Shown piece by piece: positions 36,706 through 49,639 of a stretch of DNA of 62,000 nucleotides. Positions within the stretch are counted from its first letter, which is position 1. Each line of letters starts with the position of its first letter. Origin of the DNA: Chiloscyllium plagiosum (lineage: Eukaryota); contig NC_057751.1 of NCBI RefSeq assembly GCF_004010195.1, positions 7,122,133 through 7,184,132 on the forward strand, read 5' to 3'. The notes under the pieces were generated by a model. The model saw only the letters and a list, made by a program, of their open reading frames with translations, was not told the origin of the DNA and ran no database searches. A program made the position numbers and the translations under genes.

Positions 36706-37075
36706 GCAACACAGTAGCTCAGTGGTTAGCTCTGCTGCCTCAGGGACCCACCTTCAATTCCACCCTCTGGCGACTGTCTGTGTGGAATTTGCAAATGCTC
36801 CCCATGTCTGCATGGGTTTCCTCTGGGTGCTCCAGATTCCTCCCGCAGTCAAAAGATGCGCAGGTTAGGTGGACTGGCCACGCTAAATTTCCCCATAATG
36901 TCCAGGGTTGTGCAGGCTAGGTAGTTTGCCCATTGGAAATGCAGGGCTTCAGGGATGGGGTGGGGGAGGGCGGAGGTGGTGTCTGGATGGGATGGTCTTT
37001 GGAGGGTCACTATGGACTTGTTGGGCCAAATGGCCTGCTTCCACACTGCAGGGATTCAATTAATTTATGATTCTA
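36706..37075 (+). mobile_element. HE1/V-SINE-type SINE
   Basis: gtagctcagtggttagctctgctgcctcagggaccca..ttcaattcc head, central domain and gattcta tail. Confidence 0.85.
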
Positions 37076-37269
37076 CTTGAACAGAAAAATCCTCATTGCC
37101 CCATCTGGACTTTTTGTCAATTGCATTAAACGTGCAGTCTGTGGTCAGTGACTCACCACTTGGGTGGAACCTGTTCCCCTAACCCTCTTTCCCCATTATT
37201 TTCTCTCTCAGAATCTATGCCATTCAATTGGGTTCCCACCTATCCTCAGGTAGGCATAATTGATCCAGT

Positions 37270-40025
37270 ATTCAAAACTGTAACAGAGGGATTCCATTCC
37301 ATAAGATTCAATATTAAGTTGATAAAGGATAAAAATCAGTCAAGGATTCAGACCCCAGATTGGAAAAGGGCAGATTTTAGGGGTCTGAAGGTTGAACAGT
37401 AGCAGGTTGATTGTAAACGCATTTTGGGAGATAATACAGTGGATGGAAAATGGGAGATTTCCAAAAGAGAGATGAACTGGATGTAAGCTTGGTACATACC
37501 CATGGGAAATAAATAAAGGACATCCATAGCTAGCAAAGGAAGAAAAGAAGAGGTTGGAATACTGGAAAAATAACACCAAAAGTAGTCAAGAGGTGTATCT
37601 CAAATCCTGGCTAGAAGCTCAGGTTAAAGTAAGGCAGCTAATCAGAGTACAGGGTTTGGGAAGTCATGTTGATGTTGTATAGGACATTGGTGAGGCCTCT
37701 TCTGGAATACCGTGTCCAATTCTGGTTACCAAATTATAGTAAGGATATTATGAAGCTGGATAGAGTTCAGAAGAGATCAGGATTTTGTTGGGTATGGAAT
37801 GGCTGGAAAGGCGGGGACTTTTTTCACTGGGAGCTGAGGAGGTTGAGAGGTGACCCTATATAAGAGGTTTATGAAATCATGAGGGTTATGGACAGGGTTA
37901 TAATGGTAGGTGACATTTTACTAGGATTAGGAATTTCAAGACTAGGTGTATATTTTTAAGGTGAGAGGAGAGAGATTTTAAAAAAGACATGGGCACTTTT
38001 TTTCTAATAAAAACTGGTTCGCGTGTGCAATGAACTTCCAGAGGAAGTATTGCATATGGGTACAGTTACAACATTTAAACGACATTTGGATAAGTACATG
38101 AATAGGAAATGTTTGGAGCGATATGGGCCAAGAGCAGGCAGGTGGGACTAATTAAGTTTGGGATTACTGTTGGCATGGACTGGTTGGTCTGTTTCCATGC
38201 TCTATAACTCCATGAGCAAAGGATAGTAGGCTACTCTAGAACAGATTGTGAAATGTTCTTCAAACATATTGATAGCATAAGATTAGTGAAGGAAAGAGTG
38301 CGGCCCAAAAGGAACAAGCAAGGTGAGCTGCTCACTGAAGCAAAGGCTGTGGTAGAGGTACTTAATTAGTACAGTTCTAATTTAGTCAAGACAGAAGCCA
38401 TCAGTGACACTGGCCAGTTGAAAATGTGAGAGGTGAACAACTGAGAAATGTAGTGACAGATAAAGACCAAGTGCTCAAATGGCTGGCAGCACTCCAAGTG
38501 GAGAAGTCACTGGGCTCAAATCGGATGCATTCCAAATCACCGAGAGGGTAAGGTAGCAAATGAAGGAGCTGTTGGCAGAAATTTTCCAGGCCTCCCTGAA
38601 CACAGGATTAGTCCCAAAGACTGGAGGATTACAAATGTGATGCAGTTGTTTAAAAAAGGGACAAAGGATAAGTGCAGACCTATCAGCTTGACACCAACAG
38701 CGGGCAAATGGATGGAGGCCATAACACAGGATATAGAATTACAGCAAAATCAGTTAAGACTAGATAGTTAACATGGCTTTGTCAAGGGCAGGTCTTGTCT
38801 CATAAATGTAATTGAGTTCTTTGAAGAGGTGACGCAGGCAGTAGATTTGAGGGTACTGCTGTGGATACACATTTGGACTTCAGAAAGCGTTTGATACAAT
38901 GCTCCATGGCAGGATGGTTGGAAAATTAGACATGTCTGGGATTGCTGGGTCTTTGACAGCATGGATTCACAGCTGACTCAACCGTAAGAAACAGAGGGTT
39001 GGCAGAGATGGCATTTCTCAGACTGGGACGGGTTCAAAGTTGTGTTCACCAGAGATCGGTTTTGGGACCCTGACTTTTTCTGCTCTGCACGAACAATTTG
39101 GAGCTGGGTCTTGCAAGCAAAATCTCATGTCTTAAATTTGCAGGTGATTACTAACCTCGGGAGAGCAGTCAATTATGAGAATGATAGTGAGCAACTTCAG
39201 AGGGACATCGACAGGTTGATCAAATGAATGGACATCTGACAGATTAATTTCCATGTAGAAAAATGTGAAGTTATGCATTTTGGTAGAAGGAACATGGAGA
39301 AATGATACAGTCTCAATGATACAACTTAGAATAAACCAGAGTGACCTCAGGATTCAAGTCCATAATTCTTGGAAGGTGGCCAGGCAAGTTGAAATAGTTG
39401 TTATGAAGGCTTACACGATCCTTGTATTTATAAATTTGAGGAATAGCGTATAACAAGGAAGCAATGCTACACTTTTACAAATTATTGGGGAGATCATATT
39501 TGCAGGATTGTTCTGGGCACTTCATTGAAGGAAGGGTTTCAAAGCCCTGAAGAGACTGCAAATGAAATTTACTACAATGATACAAGGAACGAAGGATCTT
39601 AAATAAAAGGAAACATTAGAGAAATTGGGCTTATTCTTCTTGGAGCAGAGAAGATTAAGAGGTGATCTTAATGAGGTGTTCAAAATTATTAACAGGGGAA
39701 ATAAGGATATTTTGTTTCCACTAGTTGCTATGTCATTAAGTACAGTTTACAAACTGAAGACTGTCAGCAAGGAAGCTAGGAACAAGATGAGGAGAAACAT
39801 CTTTACTCAGAGGTGTTAGGATTTGGAACAGACTGCCTGTGAGTGTGGTGGAGTTGGATTATATCAGAGGTTTGTGAAGAGAGCTGGATATATCTTTGAA
39901 AGTGATGAATTGAGGGGGCTATGGAGATATGGCTGAACAACACGACAAAGCTGGGTAACTCTTTCAAGAGCTGGCACAAACGTAACGAGTTGAATGGCCT
40001 CCCTCTGCACTGTAAAATTCTTTGA
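37270..40025 (+). mobile_element. Old, decayed CR1-type LINE ORF2 with a younger CR1 3' end nested at ~37648-38215
   Basis: DWKRADFRGL and RT motifs (catggctttgtcaagggcaggtcttgtctcataaat; GLFFLEQRRLRGDLNEVFKII). The nested copy has YRTLVRPLLEYRVQFW and its own tail. Confidence 0.8.
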
Positions 40026-40315
40026 TTCTGTGGTGTCCTGGGTCAAGATTTACTCAACAAACAAAACAAAAGGAAAAATGGACAAGTGGTCATAATAACA
40101 TGGCTATTTGTGGGAGCTTGCTGTGCACAGATTGGCTGCTGCCATTCCTACATTATGACATGGAACAAACTCCACGAGAACCTCGTTAAGACATTCTGAA
40201 AAGGTGCAGTGTCGAGGCAAGCTTCCTTCATGCTTTCGAACGCCTACGTTTTAAATTGTCCATTTGCTTTCTCTGTTCTAACCACGCCAAGACTGGTTGC
40301 ACAAATAGGACTTAC

Positions 40316-40497
40316 CCGTTTGTCGATGTCCCGATGCTGTAGCTGGATGAAGCGAGCACTGATCGCCGCAATGTAGCTCTGTTGATTGGCAAATGCCACC
40401 CTGCCTGCTCCTTTTGGGTATTTCAGCTCAGGGTCGGTGTCGATGCCAGCATAGCAAACTCCTCCATACAGTTGGTCCATTATCATGGCCAGCTCCA
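40316..40497 (-). CDS. CPEB2/3/4-subfamily protein, RRM2 exon
   Basis: tgcag|TG GAG ... AAA CGG|gtaagt, 182 nt. VELAMIMDQLYGGVCYAGIDTDPELKYPKGAGRVAFANQQSYIAAISARFIQLQHRDIDKR. Confidence 0.97.
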
Positions 40498-41619
40498 CTG
40501 CAACAACAAACTCTCAGCATTACACAGCTAGTTGCAAAGTCTGCTGAGCATCTCCCGACCTCCCAACCAACACCCTCAAACCATGTCCCTTGGCCCAGAA
40601 TGAAAAATATAATGCACAAAAAGTTAAATTTGTGTTGCAGACAATGTGGAAAAAGATTTCACAGTGTGCACGTCAACATTATTACCTATTGTCAAGACAC
40701 AATGTTTCCCCATTTACGGAACAGGGATTAGCAAACCAGTTATCCTTGTGTTTGAGCCATGTCAAGACCATTCCTGCCAGTGCCGACAAATCCTGGAGTG
40801 GGTCTTGAACACAGAAGCTCCTCGTTCAGGGGCAAGACCTCCTGCTCCAAAACTGGGTGCAAAGGAAGGTTCAGACAGTCCAATTATTGACTTGCTTCTG
40901 TGATTGGGAGGGGGAGGGATTATTGACATAAAATATCTGGGATGGCAAAAACTCAACAAGCTTGCTGTTTCACTGACCACCCCCACCACTTCGGTGACCT
41001 CTCCCCTCACAAGGACCAACAGCAAGATTCTAACACCATGGTTTGCACAACATCAATAGTTAACCACGCTTTGTCTCTCCTTTGTCTTGACTACAACAGC
41101 ATCTTTCCTATACCGTTTGCAGGAGTTAGTCCAGAAGCAGAGGTTGGGATGGGATGGTCTTATCCAGTGACTGAGCTTCCAGTTAAAAGGTCAAGGCAGG
41201 GATGCTTTAGAGTTTCTGAAAAGGCTTTTCCAAGCTCTAATTATGAAAGCTATTGGAAGACACTACTTTAGACTAAACACATTGCCTGAGGATTTGATTT
41301 CATGACATATTCCAGGTTTCCACTTAATTTTGATTGCTCGATTTATATAGTGCTGAGAAATTGTTCAGTGATTCAAGCTATTAATTTTCCAGGGTATTTC
41401 AGGGTTTCAGTGGTTAGTTAGCACATACATCGCAGATATAGGCTACTGGGTCCAATTGATATTGCTTATGGTCCACACAAGCCTCCTCCCATCATGGGAT
41501 ATAAAACTAATGTAGACATTCTTTGATTCCTTTCTCTGTCATGCCTTATCTGGCTTTCCCTTAGATGAAGCTTTAATGTTCACTCAGCCATATTCCGTGA
41601 AGTACGGAGTTTCATGTTC

Positions 41620-42450
41620 TCAGAGTCATATAGCATGGAAACAGACCCTTTGGTTCAACCAGTCCCCACCAATCATAATACCAAACTAAACTAGTCCCAA
41701 CTGCCTGCGCTTGGCCCTTCTCCCTCCAAACCCTTCCTATTCATATACTCATCCAAGTGTCTTTTAAACATTCTAACTGTATCTGCATCCATTACTTTTC
41801 TCTTGACAGTTCATTCCACACACGAGCCACTCCGTGGAAAAAGTTGCCCCCTCATATCTTTTTTAAATCTTTCTCCTCTCACCATAGAAATATGCCCCCT
41901 CGCCTTGAAACCCCCCACTCTAAGGAAAAGATATTGGTATCCCTCATGATTACACTAACTTCTGTAAGGTCACCTCTCACCCTAGAGTCAAAAAAATTCA
42001 TCCTCCGCTTGTAACTCAAACCCTCCATTCCTGGCAACATTCTGGTAAATCTCTTCAGAGCCCTCTCCAGCTTAGTAATATAATTCATAATATCTCTCCT
42101 ATAACACCAAACTCTGGATGAAGACATTTCACCTGAATTCCCTGATTGGATTTATTGCTAACTACCATATTCATAGCTCCTGATTTTGCTCTCTGTTACA
42201 AGTGGAAATGCCTTTGGTATGACTAAGGGAACAAACCATTTTAAAATCTTCAAGACCTTTACCAGGTCACCTCTCAGGTTTCTCCTTTCTGGTGAAAGGA
42301 ATTTGTTCAGTCTTTCCTGATATGAATAACTTGGCAGTTCTAACTTAATGACGGTCACTTTTTTGGCAACTTGTCTAATACCTTCTCGGAATATGGAGAT
42401 GCTGTGCATGGTACTCCAGGTGTTTTCCAGCAAAGATTCTGCACAACTTC
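41620..42450 (-). mobile_element. CR1-type LINE 3' fragments (~41620-42110 and an older piece ~42130-42450)
   Basis: KLERALKRFTRMLPGMEGLSY and SPERRNLRGDLVKVLKILK peptides. Family tail at ~41620-41660. Confidence 0.8.
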
Positions 42451-43524
42451 GATGCACCTTTGCTGCTTATCCATCCTGTAACACGTAAAACAAACTCCCA
42501 ACAAATCAGAGTGCAATTTTGCTGATGGCACACATGGTCTCTCATTAGAGTTGCAGGATACGCTAATTTATTCTTTTTGAGTGTGTCAATGCATTATAAG
42601 AAGTAATAGCAGTTGGTCTTGAAGTAGGAAACAGAATTGGGTTCAAGATAATTTAATTAAAGACTTGGCAGTTAAAAAGTTGACAGAACTACATCATTTA
42701 TGGTTGATGTGCAGAATGTTCTCATCAACAACAACACTTGCAAAGACCCCATGATTTTGTTTCCTGTATTTTAGACTGAGGACCCCACAAGGAAATGAAA
42801 ACATTGGGGAATGCTGCACTTTTCAAAACTCAGTGTGACGTTTACACTGTTGTTTTGTTCAGGACGTTGCAGGAGAGACAATTGTAGATTACACAGTGCA
42901 CGGCCGACGTGTATACAGAGTTAAATCTGGACAGCAATAAGTAGCGGACTGGTTTGGGACGACTCACAGGGGCCACAAGTCATTAGCCCGGCAACAACTC
43001 CAATTGATTCTTGCAAAGCTGTGGGTGTGAATAATTCTGTAAAGAATTATTGAGAAGCCTTCACACTGTTGGAAGAACAGGTTTTCTAACACACTCACTC
43101 TCTCTCGTGTACTCATGTTGTACCTCCGGCAAAAGAAGTGAACAAACTCAGACAAAGACGACTTAAGAACAAAAAGTCTTCACAAGCAAAACAAACACCT
43201 CAATAGACTCTCCACTCAAAAAATCATTGCTTTCTTTCATTTGTCTGTGTCCACATGTGTATTTGGAATTGTAAAACGAAATCTACAGTCTTAACTTAGT
43301 GAGCCACGCCTGAGTAGTTCATAGTGATTGCCTTATTATTGCCTGTTACTGATTTGTGATCAACACTTGTTCTTGTTTAATGCAGGAACCTGATCAGTCT
43401 TTTGTGTTAAATTAATTCCAACAAACAGATAAAGTTTGTGTGCTCTGATTACATCATGGACTTTTGTGGAGATCCTAAAAGCACTAGGTCTCAAGAATCA
43501 GTGCACTTTACCAAATTTTAAAAA

Positions 43525-43875
43525 TTCATTTTTGGGATGACGGTGTCACTGGCTAGGCCAGCGTTTATTGCCTGTTTCTAATTGCCCAAAGGAGGGCAAT
43601 TCAGAGTCATCCACATGACTGTAGGGCTGGAGTCACATGTACGCCAGACCAGGTAAAGAAAGCAGTTTCCTTCCCTGCAAGGACATCAGCAAACCAGTTG
43701 GGGTTTTTTTTCCCAACAATCAATAATGGTGATCATTAGATTCTTAATCCCAGATTTTTGGTGAATTAAAATTCGCCCTATGTCATGGCAGGATTCAAAC
43801 CCCGGTCCCCAGAATTTTACCTGGGTCTCTGGATTAACAGTCTGGCAACAATACCACTTGACCATTGGCTCTCTG
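43525..43875 (-). mobile_element. Unclassified retroelement 3' end, multicopy
   Basis: ggccagcgtttattgcc..taattgccc..gagtcacatgta.gccagaccaggtaa..ctgggtctctggatta. Related pieces at ~8830-9010, ~17575-17810, ~32330-32890, ~48120-48340 and ~59490-59900. Strand is tentative. Confidence 0.5.
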
Positions 43876-44316
43876 TTGAGGGTGGGCCACAACGTACTAG
43901 TCAGACATAATGAATGATCTGGGAGTGTGTGTAACTAGGGACCGAGAAAGGTGGCAGCCTCTCCTCACCAACTGCTTAAAGAGACAAGACATGAATACTG
44001 ATGTAGGTTTGTCCAGAAAGGGAGATAAAAACAACACGACTGCATTTATTGCTCTGCAACACTGCTTTGAGACACCGGGCAAAAATGTGATCAGATGCAG
44101 TTAAATAGCAAGACCAGATTTGGTGTCAGATTCAAATTCACTGTGTTTACCAAACCCTGTTAGCAAATTATGTCCCACATTCCTATCTTTTCCACTTCTT
44201 ACCCAAGCAGCAAGACTTGAAACCTCTCACTGTATCTGACCAGTTCCTCAGCAAAAGCCCAAAAGACTTCTTGTATCCTCCCTCTGAGCTAACAACAACT
44301 TGTCTCTCTCTCTTTG

Positions 44317-44323
<7 letters not shown>

Positions 44324-44369
<46 letters not shown>
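44324..44369. repeat. (CA)23 microsatellite
   Basis: Perfect dinucleotide run starting 33 nt into the intron after the 44403 donor site. Confidence 0.95.
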
Positions 44370-44370
<1 letters not shown>

Positions 44371-44402
44371 CCTGCTGGGCTCAACAGTGTCCAGTTACTT
44401 AC

Positions 44403-44517
44403 CAGCCTTTAGGGGTCTTGGTACACCTCCCACAAAGACAGTTTTCCTGGGATCTAGAGGCTGCGAGCCATCCAGCACAAAGTCACTATCACTCAGACTC
44501 CAGGGTCTGATCTGTAC
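44403..44517 (-). CDS. CPEB2/3/4-subfamily protein, RRM1-RRM2 linker exon
   Basis: ttcag|GTA CAG ... GCT G|gtaagt, 115 nt. VQIRPWSLSDSDFVLDGSQPLDPRKTVFVGGVPRPLKA. Not in the ORF track. Confidence 0.96.
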
Positions 44518-47500
44518 CTGAATCCAGAAGGAAAGCAAATCTGATAAACCACCAGTAAGATGCAGATTAGATTTGCAGATGATGCAGATTCAGGGCTTGA
44601 GTCCAGAGTTATCTGTTTCCCATTAACTACAACAGGTCCAGAGTACAAGCAGATACTGCTCAGCCAACAGTTGACTAACTTGCCCCTTTCACTGGAGCAA
44701 TTAAAATCTATTTACTGGTCCAGTGGAGGCAGGGAATGCTACAAATGATCCCAGTGCACAAGGGTGGGAGTGAAGCAAGTGAGAGAGGCAGAAGAAGGGG
44801 AATGGGGAACGAAGGTAAGGTACAAAGTGGAGGGAGTGGTGTGGGAAGGACGTCTGTAAATCAAATCAGCACATGGCTATATTAAATGCCCTCTCTAGGG
44901 TCTGGCTTCTTTTCAGTCACTTTCAATGTTCATGGTATAGGGTGAGGACAAGCAGTGCTTAGTGGAGCTCTTCGAAGGTGTGGCTATTCCCAGTCTACAC
45001 TATAAAAAGGCAGTGAAAAACAGCTGAACACTGCAGGTTCCTGACAAAACGCGGTGAACACATTTTGCTTCGAAACAAGCCTGTGAGCATTCAGAGTTTC
45101 ACATTCCATAACATCCCAATCTATATTCTGCTGCTAGAGTGCCCACGTTATGAACACTGTTACCCCCAATCTCAAGACAAAAGACTACTTATCTGTGAAG
45201 GGTCAGCTGCCTGATCGCAAATGCATTTTCCAATGCCACATCCAGCTCGTCCTCCAATCTATTTTTCTCAACAACTTGTGTTTACACAACACTTTGAAGA
45301 GAGTAGAATGTCCCAGGGTGTTTTTCAAAAGGAACAGCTGCCAAAATGAACTTGACACTCTGCCATATGCAGAAGACAGGTGACCAAAAACTAGTTTGGA
45401 ACTAACCTTCAAATGCGCAGTTAAAACGTTCAGACAGACACAGAGATGTCAGCTGCTTGGTGAAGATATTTCTGAATTTGGGGTCCAGGTACCTGACGTC
45501 ACAGCCACCAATGGTCGGGCAATGAAAACCAAAGATAGAAGAAAAAGACAAAATTCGGAGGAGCCCTGCAATCTCGGGGAGGTTTGGAGAAGATGACAGA
45601 GGGGCGATCACAGACAAGTTTGAGAACAAGGAAGAGAACATAAAACTCACGCAGCGCTAGTATCAGCGCCAAGCGTAACTAACTTGGCACAAGTTAAGGT
45701 TCTTGAAATTGTTGACAATGTGAAGTGTGCAAAGTGCCAAGTGGGCCAGTTAAGCTTTAGAACAGTCAACAGTGGAGGAAACAATGTCATGGATGAGGGA
45801 TTTTCAACAGCAAATGAGCCAGGTCAAGGGCAGAGACTATGTTTGAGGTGGATGTCAGCATGGTTTCAGGTGTCAAAAACCAGAGTCAAAAAGGTCACCA
45901 CATCCTGAGCAGTCTGGTTCAATCGCAGTCAGTAATCAAGTACAAGGATGGAGTACCTGGCTGGGGAATAGTTTCACTTTTTAACGGGAACCTAAGTCTG
46001 TGCCTTCAGTCTACACAGCATTTAGTTAGGAAAAATTTCTGGTCAACATCACAAGTGCTGATATCCTCATTTGGACGCCAGCTGTCTTTTGGTGGAGAAC
46101 ACTATTTCAAGACCAATTCATGGCCTCGGCACAGAAGTCTATGCTGAGACTACTTTTCAGTACTGAGAGATTGCTACACTTTCAGAAGTGAACATTTTGA
46201 TGAATAGCAGGGAGCTAGGTAGTATTTCTTAGCTCTCTCTGGTAGTCGACTTTGCGAAAGGTGGCAGATGCGTTTCGATCTTTGCAACAAAAACAGCACT
46301 TTTGAAAGTACTTCATCGGCCATGAAACAGACCAGCCTGTGGACCTAAAAAGGTCTACAATTGCAATGTTTACTTGTTTAAAGGGGGGGAGAACAAGAAA
46401 AATCAGTGAAATTGCCCTTAATTTCTTCATCTCAATCAGTGTTGCAGGTTAGGAGAAATGGATCCAACACCAACTCCAGGTTCAGCCACAACCTCAGTTC
46501 TCCACAGCTCATTCCCTGCTTCCTATCCAAAGGATGAAACAAACCCAACTCTCATCTCAAGCGCTAAGCACTTTCTAACCTCCGAACTCACTCAAATACC
46601 AGTCCATTTTCACGTTGATAAGCAACTTCTGTCTCAGATTGTAACCAATTGCTTCCCCTCAGCTCATGGACACAACCAACCCCTGACAAGATTACACATT
46701 ACTGAGGGCTCAGAGGCCCTGCCACACAGAACATAACCAAATAGTAACAGTCAAACAAAGTGGCAATGGGTATTCCTCAAAGAAAGATTACTCACTCAAA
46801 ATACAAATGAAAACATAGAGGCTACCCGAAGGAGAGGAGGAGGCTTCCAAATCACATATCCCAAGCTCGTGCACCTCGACAGCCTAAGGAATTGGAACAA
46901 GTGCAATGTCAAATATTGCACAGAACAACTCACCCTCCAGAAGATCATCATGTGAAATTGGAGGAGGAGGAGGCTGTTTTGCTCCTCAATGCTGTTCTGG
47001 CATTCAAGATCGTAACTGATCTGATTGTGGCCTTGACTTCACTTTGCTGTAAGTGCCCCATAACCCCTCAACTCCCGTATCAACCAAATATCTGTCCGTC
47101 TTGATCATAGTCAATGACACAGCCTCCAGTGCTTTGTAGGGAACGGAATTCCAATGACTAACCACCCCCGGGGTAAGAAAGTCCTCCTCACCTTCGTCTC
47201 AAATAGGACACTCCTTATTTCCATACTGCGTCTGCTTAAAATCAGGTTAAAAAACTGATCAGAGTCTGAAGAATCCAATGCAAACTAATGAAGACATCAG
47301 TATCTTTACAATTCCCACAACCATTAGTCACATTATCAACTTGGCACTGAGTGGACTGGAGCCCAAAACAGCAAGATGCATCTCATTCGACAATCTTACA
47401 TGATGACAGATGTGGTTAAGAGGGAACACACCTGTCTCTAATAAAAACACCATAAATCTCTACCAGGATGGGGCATTGCAGAAGGGCCTTCAAAATACAC

Positions 47501-47699
47501 TGAACCTGTGCCCTAATGGAACTGGAAGTTGGTACAGAGTATCTGAAATGGAAACTATCCTAATCCCCAGCAGTAACATCTCAGTTTGTGGAGGGTGAAA
47601 TTCATTTCTATGAAGGTGTTATAATTGGAACAGCTTGCCCAGCTCAGAACTCCACAGGCACAGAGCACATGACGAAGAATTAGCAACTCTCATGCTCAC

Positions 47700-47818
47700 C
47701 GGCTTGTCCTTGACTGTGCGGCTAGAGACGCACAAATAGAGTTTACCATCATCCTGAAAGCAGGCATCAATCAGAACCTGAACCGAACACTCCTCCTGAA
47801 ACAACAGGAAGGCGTAAC
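47700..47818 (-). CDS. CPEB2/3/4-subfamily protein, RRM1 exon containing RNP1
   Basis: tgcag|GT TAC ... AAG CCG|gtgagc, 119 nt. GYAFLLFQEECSVQVLIDACFQDDGKLYLCVSSRTVKDKP. Confidence 0.96.
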
Positions 47819-48339
47819 CTGCAAAAACAAGAGACCCAGTCAACGGCAAATAAAACTCTGACCGAACTCACTCAAACATGTCAACTCTTTAAATATTATG
47901 AAGACAGACCGCTAACCCGAACCCCTGCAGTCTTCTCTTTCTACAATGTACAAAAAAAGAAAGATATTGGCAGAAGTATAATGCTTGGATTCCCGTGAGA
48001 GTTGCAGCATAAGGCAGTCAAGTTTTGGATGACCTCACATTGACAGAGGGCAGGCTGTAGGAACCTTGGCCAGCAAAGCACTGGAATGTTCAAGTCAATA
48101 AAGTTGTTCAAAAATTTAGAAATGGGATTCGGGCATTAATTGCGCAGGGGGCGAACAAGAGTGAACCATACTGCTATGGATCCAGACAGACGAGAGGGCA
48201 GACCAGGTAAAGACAGCAGATTTTCTTCCCAAAAGGGCATGAGTTAACCAGATTGAATTTTACAACAATCAACAGTATTTATGGTGGCCACTGGGCTCAC
48301 TCTTTACCCCCGATATTAGGCAAATTCAAATTTGACTGT

Positions 48340-48875
48340 GTCACAGAGTCAGAGATATACGCATTGAAACAAACCCTTCGGTCCAACTCATCCAGGCCAC
48401 CCAGATATCCTCAATTAATCTAAGTCCCAATTGCCAGCATTTGGCCCATATCCCTCTAAACCTTTACTATTCATGTACCTATGTCGATGCCTTTTAAACG
48501 TTGGCATTGTACCAGCCTCCATCACTCCCTCTGGCAGCTCATTCCATTAATACACTAGCCTCTGTGTGAAAGAATTGCCTCTTAGGTTCCTTTTAAATCT
48601 TTCACCTCTCACCTTCAGCTGATGCCCTCTGGTTTTGGACTCCTCCATCCTGGTGGAAAGACCTTGACTTTTCAACCCATCCATGCCCCTCGTGATTTCA
48701 TAAGCATCTATAAGGTTACGCCTCAGCCTCCAACACTCCAGGGAAAATAGCCCCAGAATATTCAGCCTGTCCCTGCAGTTCAAATCCTCCAATGCAGGCA
48801 ACTATCTTTGTAAATCTTTTTTGAATCCTTGCAAGTTTCACAACAACCTTCCTGTAGCACAGAGACCGAAATTCA
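48340..48875 (-). mobile_element. CR1-type LINE 3' fragment
   Basis: DRLNILGLFSLECWRLRRNLIDAYEITRG..KVRGERFKRNLRG plus the family tail. Confidence 0.85.
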
Positions 48876-49639
48876 AACCCACATCCCCAAACATTATCCC
48901 AGGGTTCTGATTACTAGCCCAGTGACATTTCCACTGAGCCACCACCTCCCTTTGTAACAAAAAAAGATCAAAGATGAGGGTTTGAGTATGAACAAGTTCT
49001 ATTTATACAGAGCTTTTTAAATTCAAACAACATGGAGGGGCACGTCATTGGAGTTATTTATAACAAAATCTTATCCTGAGTCATTGGAGATATTTAGCCA
49101 GATGACCAAAACCTTGCTGAAGAAATAGATTTTTAGAAGACTCTTAAAAGCACAGAAGAGACACAGGAGAGGTTTTGCACGGAAACCCGAGAGCTCAGAA
49201 TGTTTTTAGCTGAAGGCATGACCACCAACTGAGCAGCGATCAAATTTCAAATGCTGAAGAGGCAATAATTGGGAGCACAGAGATCTCTGGGAAGTTCTAG
49301 TGCTGGAGAAGTTAACTGAGATGTGAAGGAGTGAACCCATGGGGAGATTTGAAAATAAAGACGCTTACTTTTAAAATAGAGCAAGGAATTACTTCAACAG
49401 AAGGCAATGCAGTCAGCCAGCACAGGTACGATAGGGGAAGGAGACTTATTCAAAGTTTGGAAAAGGGCAGTATTTTGGATAAGCCTCACCTTATTGCAGA
49501 GTTTTGTACCTAATGTAGTGTTGGAGTGCAGACAGGATATTTACTGGAATAGAAAGTCAGGAGGTCACAATTGCATTGATGAGAGTTTCAGCAGGAGTTA
49601 AGAGGAGGAAAGGTCAGGTGATGTTACCAAGCTAGAATA

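Noticed and set aside
42969..43030. GGGGCCACA resembling the 5' end of the mammalian CPEB3 HDV-like ribozyme
   Set aside because: It is antisense to the CPEB gene, I found no complementary P1/P2/P3 partners, and the mammalian ribozyme lies in an intron upstream of the exons in this window.
42700..43470. Possible old LTR in a CPEB intron
   Set aside because: The composition is suggestive, but I could not identify termini, a TSD or a second copy.
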